Shown here piece after piece: positions 39,421 to 48,976 of a DNA stretch of 64,000 nucleotides. The notes below the pieces were generated by a model. It saw only the letters and a program-made list of their open reading frames with translations, searched no databases and was not told where the DNA came from. Position 1 is the first letter of the stretch, and each line of letters begins with the position of its first letter. The stretch lies in NCBI GenBank assembly GCA_046538755.1, contig JBKHIH010000008.1, positions 15,115-79,114 of the forward strand. Direction: 5' to 3'. A program made the position numbers and the translations under genes. The DNA comes from Thiohalospira sp. (GTDB lineage: Bacteria > Bacteroidota > Bacteroidia > Bacteroidales > UBA12077).

Positions 39421-40605
39421 ATGAAAAAAACACTCATTATTTTATTTACAATGATCTTTTTTAATCTTATAACCAAGGCACAAAATAAAGAAATAATCGT
39501 AGATAATAATAATCGATTTGCCATTGATATCTATAAAGAATTAAAAAATAATCATTCCAATCTCATTTTTTCTCCATTTAGTATTTCATCTGCCATGGCA
39601 ATGACTTATGCAGGCGCTGAAAATAATACAGCCAAAGAATTTCAAAAGTCTCTTTATTTTTTAGAGGATAAAAAGATTTTTCATCAGGAGTTTAGTAATC
39701 TGTTTCGAGGAATTATTGCTGATAAAAAAAGCAGTGTTGATTTTTACAATGCTAATTCACTATGGATGCAAAAAAATTTTAAAATCAACGATGAATTTTT
39801 AAATATTAATAAAAAATATTATTCCTCAGCACTATTTCATACTGATTTTAATCAACCACCGCAGGCTGCAAAAGAAATTAATGACTGGGTTGAAAAAAAT
39901 ACCCGAAATAAAATTACAAACCTTCTTCAGCCTTCGGCTTTAAGTTCCGATACACGTTTAGTACTAGTAAATGCATTATATTTTAAGGGAGATTGGAATA
40001 AACCTTTCAGAGAAGAAAAAAATAGTGAAGAAAAGTTTACCATCTCCAAAAAGGAAGAGATAACTACAACGTTTATGAATGGACAGATAACAACCTGGTA
40101 TTACAAAGATTGTTTAAAAGAAATCATTGAAATACCTTATGCCAATAGAAATTATTCGATGATGATTATCTTACCAAAAAACTATCCGAAACTAAAATGG
40201 GTAGAGCGTTTTTTATCGGTAAAATGTATGGAAAGATATGAAGATAAAAAAGAAAAGTTTAAAGTCAATCTATCGATTCCTAAATTTAAAATGGGGAGTG
40301 AATTTAACTTAAAGGAGGTTTTTCAGGCGCTGGGTATGAAAGATGTTTTTGCTGGTTCTGCTGATTTTTCGGGGATAACCGAAGAGACCCGGCTTTATAT
40401 TGATGAAGTGATCCATAAAGCCATTATTGATGTGAATGAAACAGGCACAGAGGCTGCTGCGGCTACTGCCGTGGTTATGCGAAAAACATCAGTATTTATG
40501 GAAAGCGTTACATTTAAAGCCGACCGTCCTTTTATTTATGCTATTAAAAATACTAAAGATGGAACAATCTACTTTCTAGGTAGAGTAATGAATCCGAAAA
40601 AATAA
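39421..40605 (+). CDS. Secreted serpin (inhibitory-type hinge)
   Basis: Motifs FSPFSI, INDWVEKNT, NALYFKGDW, hinge ETGTEAAAATAV and the FKADRPF...FLGRVMNP signature. Confidence 0.95.
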   Translation: MKKTLIILFTMIFFNLITKAQNKEIIVDNNNRFAIDIYKELKNNHSNLIFSPFSISSAMAMTYAGAENNTAKEFQKSLYFLEDKKIFHQEFSNLFRGIIADKKSSVDFYNANSLWMQKNFKINDEFLNINKKYYSSALFHTDFNQPPQAAKEINDWVEKNTRNKITNLLQPSALSSDTRLVLVNALYFKGDWNKPFREEKNSEEKFTISKKEEITTTFMNGQITTWYYKDCLKEIIEIPYANRNYSMMIILPKNYPKLKWVERFLSVKCMERYEDKKEKFKVNLSIPKFKMGSEFNLKEVFQALGMKDVFAGSADFSGITEETRLYIDEVIHKAIIDVNETGTEAAAATAVVMRKTSVFMESVTFKADRPFIYAIKNTKDGTIYFLGRVMNPKK

Positions 40606-40723
40606 ATAGTTATATAAATACTAAACTTAACCAAAGGGAAACATCCATGAGAATAGAGTTCAGACATACGAGCATGAGTATTATGGATGTTCCATCTGAC
40701 AATAAAAAATAAAATATAAAAAG

Positions 40724-43717
40724 ATGAAAAAAATTTTTACACTACTAATCCTTGTTATATTATCAGTGAAACTATTTAGCCAAAAATTTGAAAAAGCTCC
40801 TTTAAATGAAGAGTTCAAAAAAGAGATTAATAAAAAGGCAAAAAAAACAGGTTACATACCTTCACCTACCTATTATGTTTTTTCAGATAAAATAAATGAA
40901 GAAATAGCAAAAATTTCATTTCCTGAAACATTTGATTTAAGAGATGAAGGTTTGGTAACATCGGTTAAAAACCAGGGAGGTGCAGGACATTGCTGGTCAT
41001 TTTCAGCATTGGGTGCTGTTGAATCCCGAAGTTTAGTTTTAGGATCAGGAAACTATGACCTATCTGAAAAAAATATGGCTACCTGCCATGGATTTGAATG
41101 GGAAGAAGGTGGCAACCAATCTATCGCCACTGCATACATGACAAGATTACAAGGGCCAATTCTTGAATCTGAAGACCCTTACGATGATAATGATTTTGAA
41201 TGTACCGCTGAAGGTATAACACCTCAATTTTATGTGTCAGAAACATATTTCTTACCCCGAAATTCAGACCTTATAAAATATATATTAATGAATTATGGTG
41301 CTATAGCTGTATCATATCATCACAACGATTCATACTATAATTCAACTGATAAAACATACTATTATCCAGGAAATGACGGCCCAAATCATGGGGTTTTACT
41401 TACAGGTTGGGATGAAACCAAAGAAACAGAAGGAGGTACTGGTGCCTGGATAATTAAAAACAGCTGGGGTTCATACTGGGGTGACAACGGATATTTTTAT
41501 ATGTCATACAATGATACGCATGCCCTTGAGAATGCAACAATTTATCCTAAACGACAAGAAATTAACGAAATCGATACGATTTTAATGTACGATTATTTTG
41601 GAGAAGTTACTTCATATGGTTTTAGCGATTTTAAGGATTATGCTCTTGTTAAATACAATGTTTCCGAAGAACATACTTTTAATAAAATAGCAACTTATGT
41701 TGGTGCTTCCAACTCATATATTGATATTGAAGTTTTTAAAACAAAAGACGGAAATTCATTAACTGATACATTAGCAAAAGCTTACAATTTTTTTGTGGAA
41801 CATCCTGGATATCACACATTTAGTGTGCCATTCACCACTTCCGGTGATATTTATATAAAAATTGGATACTACACTCCAAATGATGATTATCCAATTCCCG
41901 TAGAATATGAAATAGCAGATTATGTGTATCCTGATATTGAAGAAAATGTTGGGTGGATAAGCAACCATGGCGATGAATGGAGTCCCATAGGAAGTGAAAC
42001 TGAATATCCATTTGATTTATGTATAAGAGCCTATGGAACTAGAGAAAATATTAAAGCCGGATTTTCTTCAAATTACACAACAATATGTAATGACTCTGAA
42101 GTACTATTTACGAATCAATCGGCAGGCGATATCGAAAACTATTATTGGGATTTTGGTGAAGATGCATCACCAGCTACATCTACTTTAGAAGATTCAATTA
42201 AAGTAACCTATTCATCCGAAGGCTTTAAAACCATTAAACTGGTTGTTGAAAATGCATCGGAAGTGAAAGATTCTATTGTTAGCTACAATTACTTAAATGT
42301 TAGTAGCGAAATAAATGTTAATATTACACCTTATTCTAATTATTATTTACCCAAAGGAGATACAATAGAATTAGTTGCTAATGGTGCAGAAACATACCAG
42401 TGGACTCCAGCAGATTTAATAATTGGCAATGCAACAGATGCAACAATTAAAGTATCACCCGATTCTGATACTACATTATTCGTTGAAGGTACTATTGGTA
42501 GTTGCTCAAATACGGATTCTGTAAGAATTATTGTGATCGAAGCACCTGAAAATGACGATGTTTGTGATGCTATTGAATTAGTGTTAGACACAGAATTAGG
42601 GCCTTTTACAAATGCCAATGCAACTGTGCAGGAAAATGAACCACATCCTCCTCTTGGCGACTGTGAAGCTCCTGGTTACTGGTGCGATGAAGGAGGATTA
42701 CATAATAGTGTTTGGTTTACATTCACAGCCCCCAACTCAGGGGCCGTAAAAATTGAAACTGATGGTTTCGATAATCAAATAGCCGTATGGGAAGCCGATT
42801 CATGCGAAAATATTACCAGTGGAGTAGATAGTTTATATCAACTTATAGCTGCTAATGATGATTATGACGATCCTGATTACTCGGCAACAATAGAAGAAAT
42901 AACAGGACTGGAGCCAGGCAAAACTTATTGGCTACAAATGGATGGAAGTGCCGGCGGTGATGAAGGAGAATGCACCATATTAATAACATCCTTAGAAAAT
43001 GAATACGATTCTCCTTGCGATGCTAAAAGTTTAAATTATTTAACTTTATATAACGAAAATAATTACTATGCAACAGTTCATCCAGATGAACCCATGCCGG
43101 ATGATTCTGATTGTAACAGTCAAAATAGCTGGTGTCCGGGCGATACATTAAATGCAACGGTTTGGTTTAAATTTACAGCCACTGCTACAGAAGAGGTAAG
43201 TATAGAATCTTCAGGATTTGATAATCAAATTGCGGTTTATTCAACTAATAATTGCGAAGATCTTTTATCAGGAAATTCTGATAATTATATAATTCTTGCT
43301 GCCAATGATAATTATGAAGAAAATAATTACGCTTCTATTTATGAAATAACTAATTTAGTTGAAGGTAATGAATATTATATTCAGGTTGATGGTAAAAATG
43401 ACAATTTCTATGGTGAGTTCACTTTATATTTGAAAGAATGGCCATTATCTACTGAAGAAATGAATAAAGCATTAGAAGGATTAAAAATATATCCAAATCC
43501 TAATACCGGACAATTCAAGGTTGATTTAAGCGGCTTAAACAATCTGGGAGAAAACCCTAAAATACAAATAATTAATGCTGATGGTTCGCTTTTAAAACAA
43601 ATTGAAGGTGTTAAAAATAAAAAAGAGTATGAACTATCTATTGAACGAGAAGGATTATTTATGATTAGGGTTATTTCTAATAATAATTATTATACTCAGC
43701 CAATTATCGTTAAATAA
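40724..43717 (+). CDS. C1A papain-like cysteine protease with lectin-like, PKD and two repeated C-terminal domains plus T9SS CTD
   Basis: Catalytic motifs QGGAGHCWSF, NHGVLLTGW and IKNSWG; PKD WDFG; two NxVWF.F...GFDNQIAV repeats; IYPNP CTD. Confidence 0.92.
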   Translation: MKKIFTLLILVILSVKLFSQKFEKAPLNEEFKKEINKKAKKTGYIPSPTYYVFSDKINEEIAKISFPETFDLRDEGLVTSVKNQGGAGHCWSFSALGAVESRSLVLGSGNYDLSEKNMATCHGFEWEEGGNQSIATAYMTRLQGPILESEDPYDDNDFECTAEGITPQFYVSETYFLPRNSDLIKYILMNYGAIAVSYHHNDSYYNSTDKTYYYPGNDGPNHGVLLTGWDETKETEGGTGAWIIKNSWGSYWGDNGYFYMSYNDTHALENATIYPKRQEINEIDTILMYDYFGEVTSYGFSDFKDYALVKYNVSEEHTFNKIATYVGASNSYIDIEVFKTKDGNSLTDTLAKAYNFFVEHPGYHTFSVPFTTSGDIYIKIGYYTPNDDYPIPVEYEIADYVYPDIEENVGWISNHGDEWSPIGSETEYPFDLCIRAYGTRENIKAGFSSNYTTICNDSEVLFTNQSAGDIENYYWDFGEDASPATSTLEDSIKVTYSSEGFKTIKLVVENASEVKDSIVSYNYLNVSSEINVNITPYSNYYLPKGDTIELVANGAETYQWTPADLIIGNATDATIKVSPDSDTTLFVEGTIGSCSNTDSVRIIVIEAPENDDVCDAIELVLDTELGPFTNANATVQENEPHPPLGDCEAPGYWCDEGGLHNSVWFTFTAPNSGAVKIETDGFDNQIAVWEADSCENITSGVDSLYQLIAANDDYDDPDYSATIEEITGLEPGKTYWLQMDGSAGGDEGECTILITSLENEYDSPCDAKSLNYLTLYNENNYYATVHPDEPMPDDSDCNSQNSWCPGDTLNATVWFKFTATATEEVSIESSGFDNQIAVYSTNNCEDLLSGNSDNYIILAANDNYEENNYASIYEITNLVEGNEYYIQVDGKNDNFYGEFTLYLKEWPLSTEEMNKALEGLKIYPNPNTGQFKVDLSGLNNLGENPKIQIINADGSLLKQIEGVKNKKEYELSIEREGLFMIRVISNNNYYTQPIIVK

Positions 43718-43804
43718 AATTTATTAAGAAATTAAGTATGGGTATCTATCATTCAGATATCCTCTATTTTTTTATATTTTTGTATCATAAAAAAACCATT
43801 ATAA

Positions 43805-46800
43805 ATGATTAAATATTACATCTCAATTTTATTTCTAATTTTCTTTTATTACTCTTCTGCACAAAATTTTACAGAATATTACCTAACATTTGAAATTAAA
43901 GAAAAAAAAGAATTGAATGAAATAACACGGATTATTTCTATAGATAAAGTAACTAATAAAACAGTTTACGCCTATGCTACGGATCAAAGCCTGGAAAAAT
44001 TTAAACAGTTGGGATATGCCTTTACCCTTCTTGATCATCCCAGCGCAGGAGTAAAAGAGACCCTGGCTACCACCATGGCCGAGATGGAAAACTGGGATAA
44101 ATACCCGACCTACGATTTGTATGTAGAAATGATGGATTACTATGAAACAACTTACCCGGATATTTGCAAAGTAGTAACTATTGGCAATACAGTTAGTGGC
44201 AGGGAACTGCTGGCCCTCAAAATAACCGATAATGTAAATGTGGAAGAAGAAGAGCCTGAGTTTTTTTATACCAGCACTATGCATGGCGACGAAACTACCG
44301 GATATGTATTAATGCTCCGTTTTGCTGATTCATTATTAACTTCCTATGGGAGCGTACCCGAAATAACCAACCTGGTAAACAATATTGAAATTTATATCAA
44401 CCCCAACGCAAATCCCGACGGGACTTATGGTAGTGATAATAACACTATCTCCAACCCTACCCGTTCTAATGCAAATGGTGTTGATTTAAATCGGAATTTT
44501 AAGGATCCAGATCCAAATTATGGTGATCATCCTGATGGAAGCTCCTGGCAACCCGAAACCGTAGCGATGATGAATTTTGCCAGAGATCATCATTTTATAT
44601 TAACCGCAAATTTTCATGGAGGCATTGAGCTCGCCAATTATCCCTGGGATCACACCTCTCGCAGGCATCCTGATGATCAGTGGTTTATCCGTGTTTCCAG
44701 AGATTATGCAACATCAGCTCAAAATAATTCGCCCAGCGGATATTTTACCGGACAAAACAACGGGATAACCAATGGATACGACTGGTATGAGGTTCATGGC
44801 AGCCGACAGGATTATTATACCTATTTCCATAACAGCCGGGAGATCACCTTTGAAATTTCAGATACGAAATTTGTTTCCGGAAGTACATTACCCAACTATT
44901 GGAATTACAACCGCGAAGCGTTGTTTCAGTTTATGGAAGAGTGTTTATTTGGCATTAAAGGAACAGTTAAAAACAGCTATGGAAATCCGCTGGATGCTAT
45001 GATTTTTATCGAAGAACACGATACAGATATTGATAGTTCAATGGTATTTACAGATCCTGATATAGGAGATTATCAACGGATGATAGAAGAAGGAACATAT
45101 AATGTGATTGCCTCCAGCTATGGTTATTTTAACGATACCCTGAATGTTTATGTCCCCGAAAATTCATCAATTACCGCAAATTTTGTATTACAACCCAAAG
45201 GGTCATATAATATCTCCGGAACCATAACCGCTGCAGGTACGGGAGTACCCATAGAAAATGCCGAAATTTCTATCGATAACGACACCTACACAACCATTAC
45301 CAACAGCGAAGGCGATTATAGTATCGATAATGTTCTGGAAGGATACCACCAGGTATCGGTGATTAAAGAAGGCTACACCACAGCAAATGTAGAGATTAAT
45401 ATTACCGAACAAAATACGGTTTTCAATATACAACTGTATCCTGCAGATATCGATGACTTTGAAAGCGGTGACTTTACCCATTTAAACTGGGAATTTTCTG
45501 GAAATGCGGATTGGACCATTGATAGTACAGAAGTTTATGAAGGTTCTTATGCTGCCAAATCAGGAAATATTGGCAACAATGCCGTTACCACACTTATTAT
45601 TGACACTACCATTATTCAGGGAGGAAATGTTAGTTTCTACAAAAAAGTTTCTTCAGAAGAAAACTACGATTATTTAAAGTTTTATATTAACAACGAACTG
45701 CAGGATAAGTGGAGTGGAATTGATGATGACTGGAGCTATGAAGAGTACATGGTAGAAAGCGGTGAAAATACCTTTAAATGGGAATATTCCAAGGATTATT
45801 ATACCTCTTCAGGACAGGATTGTGCCTGGGTGGATTATATTTCCTTTCCAAAATTTAAGGTAGATTTAGATTCTATTGATTTAGCATTCGATCCCCAAAC
45901 AATTAGCGACACCTTATATTTTAATCAATCAGCTGAACATGAACTTATTATTTCAAATCTAGATTCGGCTCAACAAACTACTTATTCGATTGAAGTTGAG
46001 AATGAGGATAATCATACATGGATTGATTTAAATAAAAATTCAGGGACACTCATCGAAGATATTTCGGATACAGTTATCGTTACCTTAAATTCTTCCCAGC
46101 CAAATAATGGAAATTATTCTTGCAATATCCGAATTACTTCGGCTGATTTGGAAGAAGATATAATCCCGGTTTCATTCACTATTATGGATACCTTAACCAT
46201 GGATTACTCGCCACAAACAATATCCGATACACTTTATATGAGTGAAAATTCAAGTAAAAATCTGCTGGTTTTTAATACTGGGATCGTTGAAACAGATTAT
46301 TGGGTCGAGATTGAAGATGCCTCCAATAATCCATGGATAAGCATTGCAGAGAATTCCGGACATTTAACTATAGATGATTCAGACACCATCCCGGTGAACT
46401 TTATCACCGATTCTTATGAATTTGGACAGTATAGTACGAATATTATTATCCACGAGGAAGATGGCGATACACATTCAATCCCCGCTCAGTTAACCATTTT
46501 GGATACTGTTGGACTGGCTTATACTCCAGAAAGCATAAAAGATACCATTTATTTATCAGACAACGCCCATCATAACCTATCGGTTACCAATACCGGTGCT
46601 GTTACCCTTAATTATACCCTGAAGGTAGAAGATACCGAAGCAACTCAATGGGTTTCTATCAATTCCAACTCTGGCACCTTGTTGCTGGACGAAACCGACA
46701 TCATAACCGTTACCCTGCAAACTGCAGAACTTGACCTGGGGGATTATCAAACAAACCTTCTGTTAAGAGAACATGACGGAGATACCAGCTATATACCGAT

Positions 46801-47410
46801 AAGTTTAACATTAAAAGATCCTGTAGAATCCATCATCGATAAAGTCGAAATAATAGATTCTCTTCCTCCTGATACCACCCGATCTTATCCTTTGGTAATT
46901 ACAAATATTGGTAGGGATGCAATTAACTATGAAATTACGGAAGAAGAAAATGGGTATTCATGGTTATCGATTAGCCAGGAGAGTGGCCAAATTGCTCCTA
47001 GAGCTAAAGATACTGTAATGGTACAAATTAATACCGGAGGATTAATTTACGGCGATTACCAGGCAGAACTTATTTATTCAGAACAAGATGGAGATGAAAT
47101 CCCCTTAACGATATATTTAAATGTTGAAACTAATGTGTCCATTCACAGGCTACAAGACTTTAATTCATTGGCCCGAATCTATCCTAATCCATTTACGAAT
47201 GATATTACGGTTGAATTTAACAAAATTTTTGAAGATGAAATTGGGATATCTATTTATACACTTAACGGACAAAAGGTTTTAGAAAAAAAATATTATACAC
47301 ACAAATTTATTATTTCAGATTTAAACAAATTAACCAAAGGAACTTATATTTTAAAAGTGAAATCGAAAGAAGGAGTTATCTCACAAAAAATAATAAAAAT
47401 TAACGATTAA
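43805..47410 (+). CDS. M14 zinc carboxypeptidase with carboxypeptidase-regulatory domains, four ~105-aa Ig-like repeats and T9SS CTD
   Basis: Motifs STMHGDE, NPDG, RSNANGVDLNRNF, NFHGG and EITFEIS; IYPNPF...KIIK; a TATTTTTG box at 43775-43782. Confidence 0.92.
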   Translation: MIKYYISILFLIFFYYSSAQNFTEYYLTFEIKEKKELNEITRIISIDKVTNKTVYAYATDQSLEKFKQLGYAFTLLDHPSAGVKETLATTMAEMENWDKYPTYDLYVEMMDYYETTYPDICKVVTIGNTVSGRELLALKITDNVNVEEEEPEFFYTSTMHGDETTGYVLMLRFADSLLTSYGSVPEITNLVNNIEIYINPNANPDGTYGSDNNTISNPTRSNANGVDLNRNFKDPDPNYGDHPDGSSWQPETVAMMNFARDHHFILTANFHGGIELANYPWDHTSRRHPDDQWFIRVSRDYATSAQNNSPSGYFTGQNNGITNGYDWYEVHGSRQDYYTYFHNSREITFEISDTKFVSGSTLPNYWNYNREALFQFMEECLFGIKGTVKNSYGNPLDAMIFIEEHDTDIDSSMVFTDPDIGDYQRMIEEGTYNVIASSYGYFNDTLNVYVPENSSITANFVLQPKGSYNISGTITAAGTGVPIENAEISIDNDTYTTITNSEGDYSIDNVLEGYHQVSVIKEGYTTANVEINITEQNTVFNIQLYPADIDDFESGDFTHLNWEFSGNADWTIDSTEVYEGSYAAKSGNIGNNAVTTLIIDTTIIQGGNVSFYKKVSSEENYDYLKFYINNELQDKWSGIDDDWSYEEYMVESGENTFKWEYSKDYYTSSGQDCAWVDYISFPKFKVDLDSIDLAFDPQTISDTLYFNQSAEHELIISNLDSAQQTTYSIEVENEDNHTWIDLNKNSGTLIEDISDTVIVTLNSSQPNNGNYSCNIRITSADLEEDIIPVSFTIMDTLTMDYSPQTISDTLYMSENSSKNLLVFNTGIVETDYWVEIEDASNNPWISIAENSGHLTIDDSDTIPVNFITDSYEFGQYSTNIIIHEEDGDTHSIPAQLTILDTVGLAYTPESIKDTIYLSDNAHHNLSVTNTGAVTLNYTLKVEDTEATQWVSINSNSGTLLLDETDIITVTLQTAELDLGDYQTNLLLREHDGDTSYIPISLTLKDPVESIIDKVEIIDSLPPDTTRSYPLVITNIGRDAINYEITEEENGYSWLSISQESGQIAPRAKDTVMVQINTGGLIYGDYQAELIYSEQDGDEIPLTIYLNVETNVSIHRLQDFNSLARIYPNPFTNDITVEFNKIFEDEIGISIYTLNGQKVLEKKYYTHKFIISDLNKLTKGTYILKVKSKEGVISQKIIKIND

Positions 47411-47430
47411 ACTAGTTTATTATTTATTAT

Positions 47431-47469
47431 AAAACCACCTGCATTTAACAATAAAATACAGGTGGTTTT
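47431..47469 (+). terminator. Intrinsic terminator after the M14 gene
   Basis: AAAACCACCTGCATTT...AAATACAGGTGGTTTT. Confidence 0.75.
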
Positions 47470-47559
47470 CTTATTTTTTAAATAAAAAAATATCTCTTTT
47501 TGTTAAACCTTTTTTTAAAAAATTAGTATATTATATCAAGCGGATAATCTTAGCTAAAC

Positions 47560-48972
47560 ATGGATAAAGAACAAGAACAAAAATTAGTATTCAAAATTGC
47601 TGATTTATTAAGAGAAAACAAAGAACTCACAACCCATATAAAAGAACTAACCGAATCAAACAAAAATTTGATTAAACAAAACGAAAAACTGGATAATATA
47701 ATTGCCAGCATCCCACCAAAATATCTACCCAAAGAAGTATCTGAACATGTAAAAACCCGGACCAAACGGTTCGAAATGGCTACCGTATTGTATGCTGATA
47801 TACAAGGGCTTAAAAAAATATCTGAACAATCAGGGACATCAGATATAATTGATGAATTAGATAAGATTTTTTTCCATTTCAATACTATCGTTAAAAAATA
47901 TAAAATAGAAAAAATTAAAACAATCGGCGATGCCTATATGTGTGCCGGTGGAGTACCTGAAAAAAACATTACTAACCCAGTAGATGTTGTTCTTGCTGGG
48001 TTAGAAATGCAAAACTACCTTAACCAGTTAAAACAAGAATATGAAAACAAAAATAAAAAATTCTGGGATTTAAAACTGGGAATCCACACAGGGCCTGTTA
48101 CAGCCACTTTTTCAGGACGCAGAAAAATTAATTACGAATTAAAAGGCGATACGGTACATATTGCTACCCGAATGGCATCTGCCAGCGAAATAGGGCAAAT
48201 TAACATTTCCATTATGACCTATGAGTTGGTAAAACAATATTTCGTTTGTGAATACAATGGAAAAATTCCAGTTAAATATAAAGGTGATATGGAAATGTAT
48301 TTCCTTAAACGCATTAAACCGGCATTTTCTGAAAATAGAAAAATAGGTGACAAACCCAATCAAATCTTCTGGAACAAATATCTACTTCGTCAATTTACAG
48401 ATTTACAAGAAACCATTCTTGATAAACTGGAAAAAGAACTTCCAGCACATTTATATTATCATAATTTTAAACATACAATAGATGTAATAAACCAGGCCGA
48501 ACTTATTGGTTATGGAGAGGGTGTAGATGATGAATCGATCCTTTTACTTAAAACAGCAGCCCTTTTTCACGATGCCGGGCACATTATTGGTTATGATGAA
48601 CACGAATATAATGGAACACAGCTTGCACGAAAATATCTTCCAAAATACAAATATTCCGATGATCAGATTGAAAAAATTTGCAAACTGATTATGGCAACTA
48701 AATTACCACCAGATCCAAAAAATCTGCTTGAGAGTATTATGTGTGACTCTGACCTGGATTATTTAGGAAGAAGTGATTTTATACCTGTGTCAAATACATT
48801 ATATAAAGAGCTTAAAGAACAAAATAAAATTGGTAGTTTAAATGACTGGAATAAATTGCAAGTTAAATTTTTATCCAATCATCAGTTTTTTACTAAAACA
48901 GCTTTAAGCCTTCGTGAAGTAAACAAACAAATGCAAATTGAACGTATAAAAAAATTAATTGAAGAGGATTAA
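47560..48972 (+). CDS. Coiled-coil + class III nucleotide cyclase + HD-domain fusion protein
   Basis: Cyclase motifs YADIQG, KTIGDAYM, GIHTG and GDTV; HD motifs YHNFKHT, ALFHDAG and CDSDL. Confidence 0.88.
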   Translation: MDKEQEQKLVFKIADLLRENKELTTHIKELTESNKNLIKQNEKLDNIIASIPPKYLPKEVSEHVKTRTKRFEMATVLYADIQGLKKISEQSGTSDIIDELDKIFFHFNTIVKKYKIEKIKTIGDAYMCAGGVPEKNITNPVDVVLAGLEMQNYLNQLKQEYENKNKKFWDLKLGIHTGPVTATFSGRRKINYELKGDTVHIATRMASASEIGQINISIMTYELVKQYFVCEYNGKIPVKYKGDMEMYFLKRIKPAFSENRKIGDKPNQIFWNKYLLRQFTDLQETILDKLEKELPAHLYYHNFKHTIDVINQAELIGYGEGVDDESILLLKTAALFHDAGHIIGYDEHEYNGTQLARKYLPKYKYSDDQIEKICKLIMATKLPPDPKNLLESIMCDSDLDYLGRSDFIPVSNTLYKELKEQNKIGSLNDWNKLQVKFLSNHQFFTKTALSLREVNKQMQIERIKKLIEED

Positions 48973-48976
48973 TCTT

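Noticed and set aside
47560-48972. Pycsar/CBASS-type anti-phage system
   Set aside because: There is no adjacent cyclic-nucleotide-binding, TIR or membrane effector gene, and the neighbours are housekeeping-type.
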